Under the pieces are notes generated by a model. The model made no database searches. It saw only the letters and a program-made list of their open reading frames with translations, and was not told the origin of the DNA. A stretch of DNA of 64,000 nt from contig JAXMNT010000002.1 of NCBI GenBank assembly GCA_034670305.1, positions 64,001 to 128,000 of the forward strand, read 5' to 3'. Position numbers and translations under genes: made by a program. The stretch is from Deltaproteobacteria bacterium (GTDB lineage: Bacteria; Myxococcota_A; Polyangia; Polyangiales; Houyiibacteriaceae). Positions 1 through 11,130 of this stretch are shown one piece after another (the stretch's first letter is position 1; each line of letters opens with the position of its first letter).

Positions 1-687
1 GTGGCGTGGCACGACGGAGTCCCGGGCGCGTGGCGGGTGTGGTGGGTGCAGGTCGACGTGGATGCGGAAGGACCGATCGACCCGGTGATGGTGAGCGCTC
101 CGCGGCACGCCGCCGGCGCGCCTTCCCTGCTCGCGATGGAAGACGACGAAGTGTTGGTCGTGTGGGCGGAGACATGGCTCGACGCCGGGTTCCCCCACGG
201 CCGCATTCAAAGTTGGCGCGGCCGCAGCACCGCCGAGACCATCCAGGAGATCGACGTCCAGTGGCCGACGCCGACGCTGGTGCGCCACGACGACGAGACG
301 GTGATGTTCTTTCGAGACCACCGCCGTCCCTGGCGGCGCACTTCGGTCTACGCGGTCCGACTCGACGCCCACGACCGCACGCACGGGGAACCGGTGCGGG
401 TCGGGCGCGCGAACACGGAGCACGGCCCCCGCCCGCTCGAGTGTGGAGACCACCTGTGGGTCGGCTCGCCCCGCACCTGGGACACCGAGGTGCTGGTCGG
501 CATCAACGTGCTCGGCGACGATTTGCAGAAGCGGGTGCCGGAGCAGCAGGTCTACCAGTGGGGCGCCCACTTCGCGGTGACCGATCTGAACTGCAGCGAG
601 GGCTCGGTCTTGTCGCTGGTCGGGGAACGCGGGGAGAGCACGCGCCCGGAAGTCGCGCTGAGGGTGCTGAAACTGCACTGCGACTGA
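1..687 (+). CDS. Hypothetical protein, 5'-truncated by the window edge (possibly beta-propeller-like)
   Basis: Open frame from position 1 to TGA at 685-687 with normal protein composition and GC3-rich codons; no recognisable motif. Confidence 0.6.
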   Translation: MAWHDGVPGAWRVWWVQVDVDAEGPIDPVMVSAPRHAAGAPSLLAMEDDEVLVVWAETWLDAGFPHGRIQSWRGRSTAETIQEIDVQWPTPTLVRHDDETVMFFRDHRRPWRRTSVYAVRLDAHDRTHGEPVRVGRANTEHGPRPLECGDHLWVGSPRTWDTEVLVGINVLGDDLQKRVPEQQVYQWGAHFAVTDLNCSEGSVLSLVGERGESTRPEVALRVLKLHCD

Positions 688-701
688 GGAGCGGACCGCG
701 G

Positions 702-895
702 CCCCGTGCCCGTGCCCGTGCCCGTGCCCGCGCCCTTCAGCGAAGCCGACGCCGAATCCGAAGCCGACGCCGAAGCCGACGCCGAAGCCGAAGCCGAAGC
801 CGAAGCCGACCCCGACGCCGATGCCGATGCCGATGCCGATGCCGATGCCGAAGCCGAAGCCGATGCCGAATCCGAATCCGAATCCGAAAGCCGAA
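702..895. repeat. Composite low-complexity tract: (GCCCGT)n followed by degenerate hexamers GCCGAA/GCCGAC/GCCGAT/TCCGAA
   Basis: Directly visible; lies between convergent stop codons at 687 and 909. Confidence 0.9.
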
Positions 896-908
896 GTCGA
901 CGCCGACT

Positions 909-2825
909 TCAGCGCGGAGTGAGCCGCGCGCCCTGCAGCCGGTACCGGACCGGCTGGTCGCGCCAGGGGAGGAGCAGGGGGGCGACGTCGCCCGGCGGGG
1001 AGTCGGACCAGGGCCAGTTGTCGGCGGTCCAGCCTTGCGTGCGGCCGGGGCGGATCTCGAGGGTGCCGCGCACGGTGCGGACCTCGTTGGCGATGCGTTC
1101 GTTGCCTCGGGTGCGACCGACCTCGACCGTCAGGACACGGGGGAAGGTTCCGCCGCGGGCGAAGCGATGGACCATGAGCAGTTCGCGGGTGACGTCGCCA
1201 AGCGTCTGTCGCACGCGGACCAGCACTTCCGCGCGTCCGTCGCCGGTCACGTCCTCGGTCTTCACGTCGAGCAAGTCTTCCGCGTTCTGCACGGCGAGCT
1301 CGTAGTGGAAGTAGCCCTGCCCTTCGCGGAAGTTCTCGCCGACGACCACGACGGCTTTGCCGAACACAACGAGGCGTTCGGTGGCCGGGCTGCCAGCGAG
1401 GTTCGCGTCCTGGACGAAGCGCGCCTGCACCGAGCGGGGAATGCGGCGTTCGGTGCGCACCGCGCGGATCAGATCCCGCACCGTCCGCGTCGGCGGGGGT
1501 GCTTCGGCCTGGGTTGTCGCTGGGGTGCGCGTCGTGGTCGTGGTCCTGGTCGCACCCCGCACATGAGGGTTCGGGTTGGCCCGTTCGTTCGAGGTCGCGA
1601 AACGTTGACCGTCCCAGCGGTAGGTGCGCGCGAGCACCGGTCCCCACGGCAGCAGGATGGCTTCCGCGTCGGTGGCCGGCGCTTCGTTCCAGTCCTCCGG
1701 CGCGATGCCGGTGGCGCTGCCCGCGGCGACTTCGATGCGCGGCGCGCCGCGGCCCCCGCGCACTCGGATGCGCGACTCCACGTGGCCACCAGCGAGCGCC
1801 TTGCGCTGTTCGATCGCGAAGAGCGGCCGGATCGCGGTGCACGTGAACGAGTAGAGCGACCAGAGATCACGCGTGCCGCGTTCGCCGTGCTGCCGCACCC
1901 GCAAGAACAGTTCTTTCTTCCCGTCCGCAGTGAAGTCGCGCAGCTCCGCCGCCATCACGTCCTGGGGCCCTTGAATCGGAAGCGCCAAGAAGTCGTAGCC
2001 GTCCCCGTCGCGGTAGCCATCGCCCATCACCAGGAGGAAGCGGCCGACGTGCACGATGCGCTCGGGGCGGTCGTCGCCGCAGACGTTGCCGCGCAGGTCG
2101 TGGCGCGGCTCCTGCCCGGGGATGCCCTGGCGCTGGAGGAAGTTCGCGAGCACCGCGTGGTCCCCGCCGCTGGGAATGATCGCGGGCAGCCGGTCCAGGT
2201 TCGCGGTGTCGACGGGAGCCGTGGCGGGCTCGGCGTGCACTTCCGGCCGCGCTTCGCTGTCGATGTCGCGCAGGCGCACCGACACGCGTCCTTGTTCCCA
2301 CCCCGCGCTCCGCGGAATGGCCGCCCACGGAATGTACGCCTCGATCTCGTAGCCACCGCTTCCCGCCGCTTCCACCACCCGCGCGCCACGCGCCGGTCGC
2401 AACCGACCTCGCGTGCCGCCCACCGCCGCACTGCCCGCGGTGCGTCCTTCCACGCCGGCGAAGATCCACACCTCGGTGGCCTGGTAGGTGCGGCGGCCGG
2501 GCCGCGTCGGCAGCGCGAGCGTGACCACGATCGCGTCTTCGTCGCGGGTCGGCCGGCGGCTCCGAATCATGCGCTGGTCCCGAACCGCGGCCGCGACGTA
2601 GAGTCCCCCGCGGTCGTACCCAAGCGCGAACTGCATCGACGCGTCGTCGCCCGCCCCCACGGAGATCTTCCGGATGCGGCGCCAGTCCCGCAGTGCGCCG
2701 TCCACCCGGATCCCATGGTCCGCGATCTCCTGGAACCGCATGCCTTGCGCCTCGGCACCAGAACTGGAGGTGGCACCCGCGAGTACGGCAAGCAGGAGGG
2801 CAACGGCCGAACGAGGAAGGGACAT
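909..2825 (-). CDS. Secreted protein with N-terminal CBM9/DOMON-like domain and two internally duplicated Ca-binding (DxTxDG) modules
   Basis: Signal peptide MSLPRSAVALLLAVLAG...AEAQ; IRVDGALRDW motif; duplicated blocks ending DFTADGKKELFLRVR and DVTGDGRAEVLVRVR. Confidence 0.7.
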   Translation of the reverse strand: MSLPRSAVALLLAVLAGATSSSGAEAQGMRFQEIADHGIRVDGALRDWRRIRKISVGAGDDASMQFALGYDRGGLYVAAAVRDQRMIRSRRPTRDEDAIVVTLALPTRPGRRTYQATEVWIFAGVEGRTAGSAAVGGTRGRLRPARGARVVEAAGSGGYEIEAYIPWAAIPRSAGWEQGRVSVRLRDIDSEARPEVHAEPATAPVDTANLDRLPAIIPSGGDHAVLANFLQRQGIPGQEPRHDLRGNVCGDDRPERIVHVGRFLLVMGDGYRDGDGYDFLALPIQGPQDVMAAELRDFTADGKKELFLRVRQHGERGTRDLWSLYSFTCTAIRPLFAIEQRKALAGGHVESRIRVRGGRGAPRIEVAAGSATGIAPEDWNEAPATDAEAILLPWGPVLARTYRWDGQRFATSNERANPNPHVRGATRTTTTTRTPATTQAEAPPPTRTVRDLIRAVRTERRIPRSVQARFVQDANLAGSPATERLVVFGKAVVVVGENFREGQGYFHYELAVQNAEDLLDVKTEDVTGDGRAEVLVRVRQTLGDVTRELLMVHRFARGGTFPRVLTVEVGRTRGNERIANEVRTVRGTLEIRPGRTQGWTADNWPWSDSPPGDVAPLLLPWRDQPVRYRLQGARLTPR

Positions 2826-2984
2826 GGCGGGCGCGACGTTACCACGCCGCCCCGAGGTCGAGCCGCGGAACGCGATGCTGTTTGGCCTCACTGGAGAGGT
2901 GGAAGGGCAACCGGTGGGCGGACGGATCTTCACCCTCTCTCGGACGTCGCGCGGCCTCAAAGCTTCAAAGACGACCACTCGCGG

Positions 2985-3190
2985 GCATCATCGGCATCGG
3001 CCTCGGCTTCGGCATCGACTTCGGCGTCGGCATCGGCGTCGGCATCGGCGTCGGCATCGGCATCGGCTTCGGCATCGGCATCGGCTTCGGCATCGGCATC
3101 GGCTTCGGCATCGGCATCGGCATCGGCATCGGCGTCGGCCTCGGCTTCGGCATCGGCTTCGGCTTCGGCGTCGGCTTCGGCATCGGCTTC
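2985..3190. repeat. Degenerate hexamer tract (GGCATC/GGCTTC/GGCGTC)n, reverse complement of the GCCGAN family
   Basis: Directly visible between two divergent genes. Confidence 0.9.
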
Positions 3191-3246
3191 AGGTTCAGCC
3201 AGCTAGCCGCGTGGCGGGCGCAGCCGCGGCGCGTATGCTGGGCGCC

Positions 3247-5259
3247 ATGGTTCGCAAGACCACGGCCGCGCTCGTGCGGCTCGCGTTCGTCGGCGTGTGG
3301 TGGCTGGGCTGCGGCGGCCCGCAGGTCACCCTCACCCACCCGATGCTGCGCACCCCCGATGCAGCGGCCGCGCTTGCAGCCCGGCTCCCACTCGGCGCGG
3401 ACGCCTGTGCGGTCGCACGCCGTGGCGCCGTCTCGGAGCGACGGCGCGCGTTGCTTGCGCCGATGAGCGCGGGCGGTCCGCTCATGTGGTCGAGCGGGCC
3501 CTTCTCCGCGTACGCGGAGGCGCGCCGCTCCAACCACACGGGGCAGCGCGCGCTCCGGGTGCTGCTTCGCGTGGACGACATGCACGACGCGCGGCTCTGG
3601 CTGACCGAGCGGGCGCCGGTCGCCGTCGAATGGTCGACCCGGGACGAGTGCGCCTCGGGTGAAGCCGAGTGCTGGCAACTGCATGCGCGCTCCCTCGACG
3701 AACGCACCATCCTCGTCTCCCAAGGGATCTGGGACGCGCGCGACACGGGCGAAGAGACGCGTTGCGCGCGCCTGGCACTCGAACATCCGGAGGCGTTCGA
3801 GGTCTCGGCCCGCCGCGAAGGGAGCGTGGTCGAGAGCATCGGGGGCGGCGGGTACGCGCGGACCCAGACCCACCTCGAACCGACGTCGGATGGCATCGAG
3901 CAACACGAGTCGATCTACGTGGACATCGACGCGGACATGGAGCTGCTGATGGACCTGCTCCAGCGCGCCAACGACTCCACCCAGAGCAGCGCCACCCGCA
4001 CCCGCCGAGAACCGACCGAGGACGGGTGGAACCTCCGCACGACCTTCGCGTGGGAGGATCTCGAGCTTAGCGCGGAAGACGAACGACGCGCGCGTGCCGC
4101 GATGATGCATGAGCAGCGCGAAGGCCAGCCGGTCCCCGTCGAGCGCGTCACGCTCACGAACCGGGATCTCGTTTGGCAGCAAGTGCAGCTGCGCCGGACC
4201 CGCCTCGCGCAGACCCGCAACCAAGACCTGCGCCGGGAACAAGCGCAGGAACTCGGGACGCTGCTGAGCAACGCCCTGCAGGCCCATCCCAACGACGAAC
4301 CGTTCGCGGAAGAACTGGTGTCGGTGCTGCTCGACCCGCTTGGCGATGGCCACGGAGCCGCGGAGGTCGCGGCGCGCATGGCGACGGCGCGCCCGGAGAA
4401 CGCCCGTCACTGGAAGGTCGTGCGCCGGCGCGCGCTCGCGGTGGTCGGCGTCGACGCGCTGCGAAACGCGCTCGTGGAGGACGGGGTATTGAACGCCCGC
4501 GAAGCGGCGGCCGCCGCCCCCATGCTTCGCAGTTTCGTGGCGGACTACGAGTGGGCGGAGGGCGCCTGGATCATCGCGCGCCGGGCCGAACGCATCGCCC
4601 GCCGGCCCCGCCGCGCCGAAGCGAACCTGGCGCTCTCGAGCACCCTCGAGACCTTGGTGACGTTGCTCCTGCAAGACGACGCGGCATCGGAAGCGCTCTT
4701 CGTGGTGTTGACCACGGAAGAAACATTGGCACCGGGTGCGCACGGCACCGGCGGTCGGGTCATCACCTGGTCCGATGGCGGACGCTCCACCCGCGTGGCC
4801 GCCAGCACCACTGGCCACGAGCCGCGGGAGATCTCACGGGAGCTGCTCGTCGGTCTGGACGGCATGACGGTCGATCTCGCCGTGTTCACCAGCCCCTACG
4901 ACGAAGACGCACCACCCAGCGCGTCGCTCCGCGTGCGTGGCCGCATCACCGGGGCCGAGTTCCAGATGACCGACGCCACCACCCTCCGCCTCGGACGGAG
5001 GACGGTTCAGTGGGGCCGCGTCCCAGGGCTCCTCGCCACCCCCTTCGAAGGCCTCTCCAGCCGCCTCTTCCCCCCGCCCGAACTCGAGGTCGAGTTCTCG
5101 AGCGAAGCCGCGGCCACCGCCGCCGCCGAAGCCGCCGCCACCGAACCCGTCCTCGAATGCACCCGCTTCGAAGCGACCCTCGAGTGCGGCGCCTCCCCCG
5201 AACTCGACGCCACCCGCCGCGCCTGGCGCCGCGTCGTCACGGCAGACCTCACCCGCTAG
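3247..5259 (+). CDS. Hypothetical lipoprotein
   Basis: [22 protein letters not shown] lipobox-like signal; long ORF with coding-like composition. Confidence 0.7.
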   Translation: MVRKTTAALVRLAFVGVWWLGCGGPQVTLTHPMLRTPDAAAALAARLPLGADACAVARRGAVSERRRALLAPMSAGGPLMWSSGPFSAYAEARRSNHTGQRALRVLLRVDDMHDARLWLTERAPVAVEWSTRDECASGEAECWQLHARSLDERTILVSQGIWDARDTGEETRCARLALEHPEAFEVSARREGSVVESIGGGGYARTQTHLEPTSDGIEQHESIYVDIDADMELLMDLLQRANDSTQSSATRTRREPTEDGWNLRTTFAWEDLELSAEDERRARAAMMHEQREGQPVPVERVTLTNRDLVWQQVQLRRTRLAQTRNQDLRREQAQELGTLLSNALQAHPNDEPFAEELVSVLLDPLGDGHGAAEVAARMATARPENARHWKVVRRRALAVVGVDALRNALVEDGVLNAREAAAAAPMLRSFVADYEWAEGAWIIARRAERIARRPRRAEANLALSSTLETLVTLLLQDDAASEALFVVLTTEETLAPGAHGTGGRVITWSDGGRSTRVAASTTGHEPREISRELLVGLDGMTVDLAVFTSPYDEDAPPSASLRVRGRITGAEFQMTDATTLRLGRRTVQWGRVPGLLATPFEGLSSRLFPPPELEVEFSSEAAATAAAEAAATEPVLECTRFEATLECGASPELDATRRAWRRVVTADLTR

Positions 5260-5472
5260 CAGGTCGCTGAAAGCGACCTGCTCCCTTGCCGTTGCCCTTG
5301 CCCGTGCCCTTGCCCGCGTCGTGGACGCCGTGTGTTTCGAGGCCCGATATCGAACGGGCTCTCGCCCACCTTGAGCAGTCGTCGCGATGCTCGTCGCGCT
5401 GATCAAGCGATCTGACCGCTGATCCGCGGGCAAGGGCAAAGGCAAGGGCAGGGGCAAGGGGCAGGCTGCGAG
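5257..5472. mobile_element. Miniature IS5-like element (MITE), short copy; inverted homologue of 32731-33143
   Basis: Begins at the upstream TAG with hairpin TAGCAGGTCGCTGAAAGCGACCTGCT; near-identical in reverse complement to both ends of the 32.7-33.1 kb element. Confidence 0.7.
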
Positions 5473-5528
5473 GCGAGGCGAGCGCGGGAGCGTCGCGGGA
5501 GCGGTCGCGGGGTTTGGGTCCGAACAAC

Positions 5529-5707
<179 letters not shown>

Positions 5708-5710
<3 letters not shown>

Positions 5711-6847
5711 CTTCGCGAGCGGGAGGCGTCTGGTGCGTTCGGCTTTTTCGCCGTCGGGGCCGTAGAGGGCGAGCTGGCCGCACGCGGCGTCGACGCTGCC
5801 GCCGCGCTCGTGGCGGATGGTGCAGGTCATGCCGAGGTCGCGCAGCCGGTCGCGGAACGCTTCGACACCGCGGCGGGTGGGCGCACCGAGTTCGCTCTGC
5901 TCGATCGGATTCATCGGGATGAGGTTGATCTTCACCGGCACGTTGCGGAGCAGACGCTTGAGTTTGTCCGCGTCGCGCACGTCGTCGTTCACGCCTTCGA
6001 TGAGGGTGTACTCGATCGTGATGCGGCGGCGTTTGGGCATCGGGTACCGCTCGAGGCATGCGACGAGCGCCTGCAGATCGTGCTTGCGGTTGATCGGCAT
6101 GATCGACGAGCGCCGCTCGTCGGTCACCGCGTGGAGCGAGATGGCGAGCATCACCCGGCCGTCGAAGTCGCGGCCGAGCCGGTCGATCTGCGGCACGAGC
6201 CCGCTGGTCGAGACCGTCACCCGCCGCGTCGACAGACCGATGCCGTCTTCGTGGGTGATGAGCACGAGCGCGCGCGCCACCGCGTCGTAGTTGTGGAGCG
6301 GCTCGCCCATGCCCATGAACACGAGGTTGCGTAGGTGTTCGTCGCCCTCGAGGTTCGCGCGGCCGAGGTGCACTTGCGCGAGAATCTCCGCGGCGGTCAG
6401 ATGCCGCGCCAGGCCCGCCACGCCGGATGCGCAGAACACGCAGCCCATCGCGCAGCCGATCTGGCTGCTCACGCACTGGGTCACGACCTTGCCCGGCACG
6501 AGCGGCCCGCCCTCTTCTTCACGGGTGAGCTGCGGGATGAGCACCGTCTCGACGTCGCGTCCGTCGTCCGCGCGCACGAGCAACTTGCGGGTCCGGTCGG
6601 CCGACCGCGTGCCACCGTGCACGTGCATCGGCGACTCCCCGATCTCTTCGGCCAGCCGCGCGCGGAGCGACTTGGGCAGGTTGGTCATCTTCGCCGGGTC
6701 GAACACCCCGCGCTTCTGAATCCACTGAAAGACCTGCGCGCTCCGGTACTTCGGCTCCCCCCACGCCCCGAGCTGCGCCTCCCACTCGTGCGGGAGCCGC
6801 TCGAGCCAGTGCGTCGCGGGCGCGAGTTCAACGTTCGGAAGAGTCAT
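5708..6847 (-). CDS. rlmN: Dual-specificity 23S rRNA (A2503)/tRNA C2-methyltransferase RlmN
   Basis: Radical SAM motif QIGCAMGCVFC, MGMGEP and C-terminal AACGQL. Confidence 0.95.
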
Positions 6848-6905
6848 CGGGGAGCCGAGCGCCCAGTGTGCGACCCCCACCCTCCCCGCGCCACCCCAAC
6901 GCGGG

Positions 6906-7070
<165 letters not shown>

Positions 7071-7082
7071 CCGCAGCGGTAG

Positions 7083-9233
7083 CTACGGCTCGGCTTCGGC
7101 TTCGGCTTCGGCCTCGGCCTCGGCTTCGGCCTCGGCTTCGGCTTCGGCTTCGGCTTCGGCATCGGCTTCGGCTTCGGCTTCGGCTTCGGCGTCGGCCTCG
7201 GCATCGGCCTCGGCTTCGGCATCGGCCTCGGCATCGGCATCGGCTTCGGCTTCGGCATCGGCTTCGGCATCGGCTTCGGCGTCGGCTTCGGCGTCGGCTT
7301 CCGCGTCCGCTTCCGCTTCCGCTTCCGCTTCCGCTTCCGCGTCCGCGTCCGCTTCCGCTTCCGCTTCCGCGTCCGCTTCCGCTTCGACCTCCGCCGCCGA
7401 CCTCCGACGGAACGCGGTCACGCCTTCGACCAGCTGCCCCACCCGCTCCCACCCACGCCCCCGCACGCCGTACCCGCCGCGCGACACGAACCACTTCGCG
7501 CCGAGGTCATCCAGCGTCTCCACCACGTTCTGGCCGCGTGGGATGTACACCACGCGGTTCGACACATCGCGGTTCCAGAGCAACGCCGGAAACCCGACGT
7601 GCGATGCGAACGCGACGACGTCGCCCGCGCCGATCTCCCGCTCCCGCGCTTCGAGCGCGACCGTGTCCGGGAAGATGCCGCCCTCCATCGACGCCGCGCG
7701 CTGTGGGGCGTCCATCGCCGCGAGTTCCCCCAGCGCCGCCGGCCCGTACATCAAACCCGGTTCGGCGTACACGAGCGTGGCCGCGTGGATGAGCAGGCCC
7801 AGACCAAGCAGCCGCCGCATCCACACCGCGTGAATCTCGTTCGAGAAGCGGCCGAGCAACACCGCGCACAAGATGGCGACCGGCACGATGCCGAAGCGCC
7901 CCCACCACATGACTTCCTTCATCACGAAGACGAGCCCGAAACACGCGACGAGCAGACGCACCACGTGGGCGTGTCCGCGCGCGCGCCACAGACCCGCGAG
8001 TGAGAGCAGCGCGAGCAGCGGCAGGACGAAGGGCAATACGTGCCCATACCCATGGGTCCGTACGTCCGGGTGGTAGAGGCCTTGGACCGGCCAGCCGAAG
8101 GTCTCCTTCAGCCAGATGTCGACGGGCGGCCACGCGACGACGACTTCGATCGGTCCTTCGAACGAGAGCCCAAGCGTCTTCGACTCGAGCGTGAGCGGCC
8201 AGAACGGGTTGCCCTCGTGCAGGTAGTTCCGAACGTAGAGCGGCGCCGCGAACCCGACGACCAGCAACGCGCCGACAAGGAAGGGCATCGCACGTCGCCA
8301 GCGCGACTCCGACCGAAGCGACGGGTCTCGGAGCGTGGTCAGTGCGAGCACGAAGAAGAGCGGCACGATCAACGCCGCGGTGCTCTTGGCGCCGGCGAGC
8401 ATCCCGGTCGCGAGCGCCGCCATCCAGAGATCCTGCAGACCGACGCGTGGGCGCGTGACCAGCGCCACCGCACCGATCATCAGGAACGAGGTGCAGACAT
8501 CGATGTAGGTGCTGCCGAGCTCGAACGCGATGCCGGGCACCGTCGCGATCAGGACCGCGAACCCGAGACGTCGGTCCTTCGCGACCCCCGCGTGGTCCGC
8601 CAGCACCACCAGCGACACGACCAGCATCGGCCACGCGACGAGGTTCGGGAGTTCGATCCACTGCACGCCGCCAAGGGCGACGAAGAACCCAGCGAGCCCC
8701 TCGACGAGCCGCGGGTACCCGTTGATGACTTGCAAGCCGTCCGCCGGAAGTTCGACCCAGTCGAAGCCGCCGTTCTGGACCGTGAAGCAGGTCATCGGAT
8801 CGTGGTACCAGAGGCCATCCCAGGACGTGCTCGGTGCGAGGTAGATGCGGACGAGCGAGAACAGCAGGAGCACCGCTCCGAGACCCAGGGCCGCCAGACT
8901 CAGCGCATCCCGGTTCCGAGCCGCATCCCGAACCACCCGAACCGGGCCAGAGACGAAGTCGCCGACGTCGGATGCGAGTGCACGCAGGGCCTCGCGCGAG
9001 CGAGCGGTCCACCCCACTGCGAGCGCCCCGAGCGTCCACTCCAAACCGAGGAGCCAGCCGGGTTCAAACGCGCCAAGCCAGCCGAGGACGTGGGGCGGCA
9101 CGACCAGCAGGCCGAACACCAAGAGGCAACGATCGAGGGCGCCGAGTGCCCCGGTCCGCCCGAGTCGACGCCCGATCGCACAGGCTCCGAACAGGGCCGG
9201 CAACAGGACGATGAACGGGGCGAGGATGCGCAT
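7083..9233 (-). CDS. Polytopic membrane protein, GT-C/ArnT-PMT-like glycosyltransferase, with a ~100-aa repeat-derived Glu/Asp-Ala tail
   Basis: Many TM segments; WDGLWYH and NGYP motifs after the first helices; no stop until 7083, so the hexamer tract is read in frame. Confidence 0.7.
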   Translation of the reverse strand: MRILAPFIVLLPALFGACAIGRRLGRTGALGALDRCLLVFGLLVVPPHVLGWLGAFEPGWLLGLEWTLGALAVGWTARSREALRALASDVGDFVSGPVRVVRDAARNRDALSLAALGLGAVLLLFSLVRIYLAPSTSWDGLWYHDPMTCFTVQNGGFDWVELPADGLQVINGYPRLVEGLAGFFVALGGVQWIELPNLVAWPMLVVSLVVLADHAGVAKDRRLGFAVLIATVPGIAFELGSTYIDVCTSFLMIGAVALVTRPRVGLQDLWMAALATGMLAGAKSTAALIVPLFFVLALTTLRDPSLRSESRWRRAMPFLVGALLVVGFAAPLYVRNYLHEGNPFWPLTLESKTLGLSFEGPIEVVVAWPPVDIWLKETFGWPVQGLYHPDVRTHGYGHVLPFVLPLLALLSLAGLWRARGHAHVVRLLVACFGLVFVMKEVMWWGRFGIVPVAILCAVLLGRFSNEIHAVWMRRLLGLGLLIHAATLVYAEPGLMYGPAALGELAAMDAPQRAASMEGGIFPDTVALEAREREIGAGDVVAFASHVGFPALLWNRDVSNRVVYIPRGQNVVETLDDLGAKWFVSRGGYGVRGRGWERVGQLVEGVTAFRRRSAAEVEAEADAEAEAEADADAEAEAEAEAEADAEADAEADAEADAEADAEAEADADAEADAEAEADAEADAEAEAEAEADAEAEAEAEAEAEAEAEAEAEAEAEP
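7087..7390. repeat. Hexamer tract (GGCTTC/GGCATC/CGCTTC)n inside the 3' end of the membrane protein gene
   Basis: Directly visible. Confidence 0.9.
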
Positions 9234-9421
9234 GGCGGAGACGGACGCATTCGTCACCGAACGCGGTCTGGCCAGCCCGAAACGCAGCGGCCGGGTCCCG
9301 GAGTAGCGCAACGTGCGGTTGCGCGCGAGGGCGCCGGAGTATACACGCCTCCGCGAATCGTCCCGTGCAGCCTCGACGCGCCGGGACACCCCCACTTTCT
9401 TCCAAGATTCAGGACCTACCC

Positions 9422-9826
9422 ATGGCCACCCAGCGCACCCTCAGCATCATCAAACCCGACGCCACCGAACGGAACCACGTGGGCGGCATCCTCGCGAAGA
9501 TCGAAGCCGCGGGCTTGAGCATCGTCGAGATGAAGATGATGAAGCTCACCAAAGAGCAGGCCGAAGGGTTCTACGCCGTGCACTCCGAGCGCCCGTTCTT
9601 CGGCGAGCTCGTCGAGTTCATGACCCGCAGCCGCGTGGTCGTGAGCGTGCTCGAAGGCGAAGACGCCGTCGCCAAGTACCGCGAAGTCATGGGTGCCACG
9701 AACCCGAAGGACGCGGCCGAAGGCACGATCCGTCAGGCGTTCGCGAAGGACATCGGCGAGAACAGCGTGCACGGCTCGGACAGCGCCGAGAACGCCGCCA
9801 TCGAGATCAAGTTCTTCTTCGGCTGA
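9422..9826 (+). CDS. ndk: Nucleoside diphosphate kinase
   Basis: [15 protein letters not shown] and NSVHGSDS motifs. Confidence 0.97.
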   Translation: MATQRTLSIIKPDATERNHVGGILAKIEAAGLSIVEMKMMKLTKEQAEGFYAVHSERPFFGELVEFMTRSRVVVSVLEGEDAVAKYREVMGATNPKDAAEGTIRQAFAKDIGENSVHGSDSAENAAIEIKFFFG

Positions 9827-9848
9827 ACCACTTCTTGGCTCGTAGAGG

Positions 9849-9881
9849 CGCCCGTCCCGCAGCGATGCGGCGCGGGCGTTT
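9849..9881 (+). terminator. Putative terminator hairpin after ndk
   Basis: CGCCCG..CCGCA GCGA TGCGG..CGGGCG followed by a short T run. Confidence 0.5.
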
Positions 9882-9887
9882 CCAATT

Positions 9888-10245
9888 CCAATCACCCCAG
9901 ATGCTTCTTCATTCCATCAAGTGGTGAGGCGGCGAGCACGTGCAGGCAGCGACGGGCGCGAATTAGGGCCGCCAGTCGAGCGAAGCGAGCCAGGCCCGTA
10001 GCGGCAAGAAATATTGTTGTCCACATGTGCACCTGCGCAGGCCGGAGGCCGAGCAACTGGTGCACTCCCCAATCGCGCCCCGAGAGCGCCGATAGGAGCG
10101 CCTGGACGCGCGCAGCCGCCAATCACCCCAGATGCTTCTTCATTCCATCAAGTGGTGAGGCGGCGAGCACGTGCAGGCAGCGACGGGCGCGAATTAGGGC
10201 CGCCAGTCGAGCGAAGCGAGCCAGGCCCGTAGCGGCAAGCAATAT
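9888..10245. repeat. Structured A-B-A intergenic repeat (REP/BIME-like)
   Basis: 9888-10008 is identical to 10119-10239 (121 bp); the middle unit B is homologous to the reverse complement of ~14265-14365. Confidence 0.85.
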
Positions 10246-11075
10246 CAGACGCTGACGCCGTGATCTCGAAGCGCTTCGTTGAGCGAGGTCTTGCGATCGG
10301 TGCTCTCTTTGCGGGTTCCGATGATCAGTGCGCAGGGCACGTGGAACTCGCCGGCGGGAAAGGTCTTCGCCCGCATGCCCGGAATCACGACCGACCGCGG
10401 CGGCACGACGCCGCGGTGTTCGACCGGCTCCGACCCGGTCACGTCGACGATGCGGGTGGATGCGGTGAGCACGACGTTCGCACCGATGACCGCTTCGCGG
10501 CAGACCCGCACGCCTTCCACGACGATGGCGCGGGAGCCGACGAACGCTCCGTCTTCGACAATGACCGGCGTCGCACTGGGCGGCTCCAGCACCCCGCCGA
10601 TGCCGACCCCACCCGAGAGGTGCACGCCCGCGCCGATCTGCGCACAGCTGCCGACCGTGGCCCAGGTGTCCACCATCGTTCCAGTCCCGACCCGCGCGCC
10701 GAGGTTCACGTAGCCCGGCATCAGGATCGCACCGGGCTCCAGGTGGCTGCCGTAGCGCGCGGTGCCCGGCGGCACGACGCGCACGCCCTGCTTGGCGAGG
10801 TCGCGCTTGAGCGGGATCTTGTCGTGGAACTCGAACGGCCCACACTCCATCGTCTCCATCTTGCGGACGCCGAAGTAGAGCAGGATCGCCTGCTTCACCC
10901 AGGCGTGCACCGTCCACTCGCCGCCCTCTTCGCCCGGCGGCGTGGCGACGCGCAACGTGCCCACATCGAGCCGCGCCAGGACCTCTTCCACCGCTTCGCG
11001 GTGCGAGGACTTCTCGAGCAACGTCCGGTCTTCGAACGCGGCGGTGATGAGGGACTGAAGTTCCGAATCGGTCAT
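10245..11075 (-). CDS. dapD: 2,3,4,5-tetrahydropyridine-2,6-dicarboxylate N-succinyltransferase
   Basis: DKIPLK, GVRVVPP, TMVDTWATVGSCAQIG and GIGGVLEP motifs. Confidence 0.96.
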   Translation of the reverse strand: MTDSELQSLITAAFEDRTLLEKSSHREAVEEVLARLDVGTLRVATPPGEEGGEWTVHAWVKQAILLYFGVRKMETMECGPFEFHDKIPLKRDLAKQGVRVVPPGTARYGSHLEPGAILMPGYVNLGARVGTGTMVDTWATVGSCAQIGAGVHLSGGVGIGGVLEPPSATPVIVEDGAFVGSRAIVVEGVRVCREAVIGANVVLTASTRIVDVTGSEPVEHRGVVPPRSVVIPGMRAKTFPAGEFHVPCALIIGTRKESTDRKTSLNEALRDHGVSV

Positions 11076-11130
11076 GCGCCGGACCCTACCACCAGCAGCG
11101 AATCGCTCCAGCAGCCCGCCCAACACCGGT

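Noticed and set aside
6-3206. Long ORFs through hexamer tracts (poly-SA, poly-RH, poly-GI; also 6335-7792, 6868-7833, 25478-25792)
   Set aside because: Stop-free by-products of low-complexity GC-rich DNA that overlap real genes on the other strand
9888-10245. Direct repeats as a CRISPR array
   Set aside because: Only two 121-bp repeats; the 'spacer' is itself a repeated structured unit; no cas genes in the window
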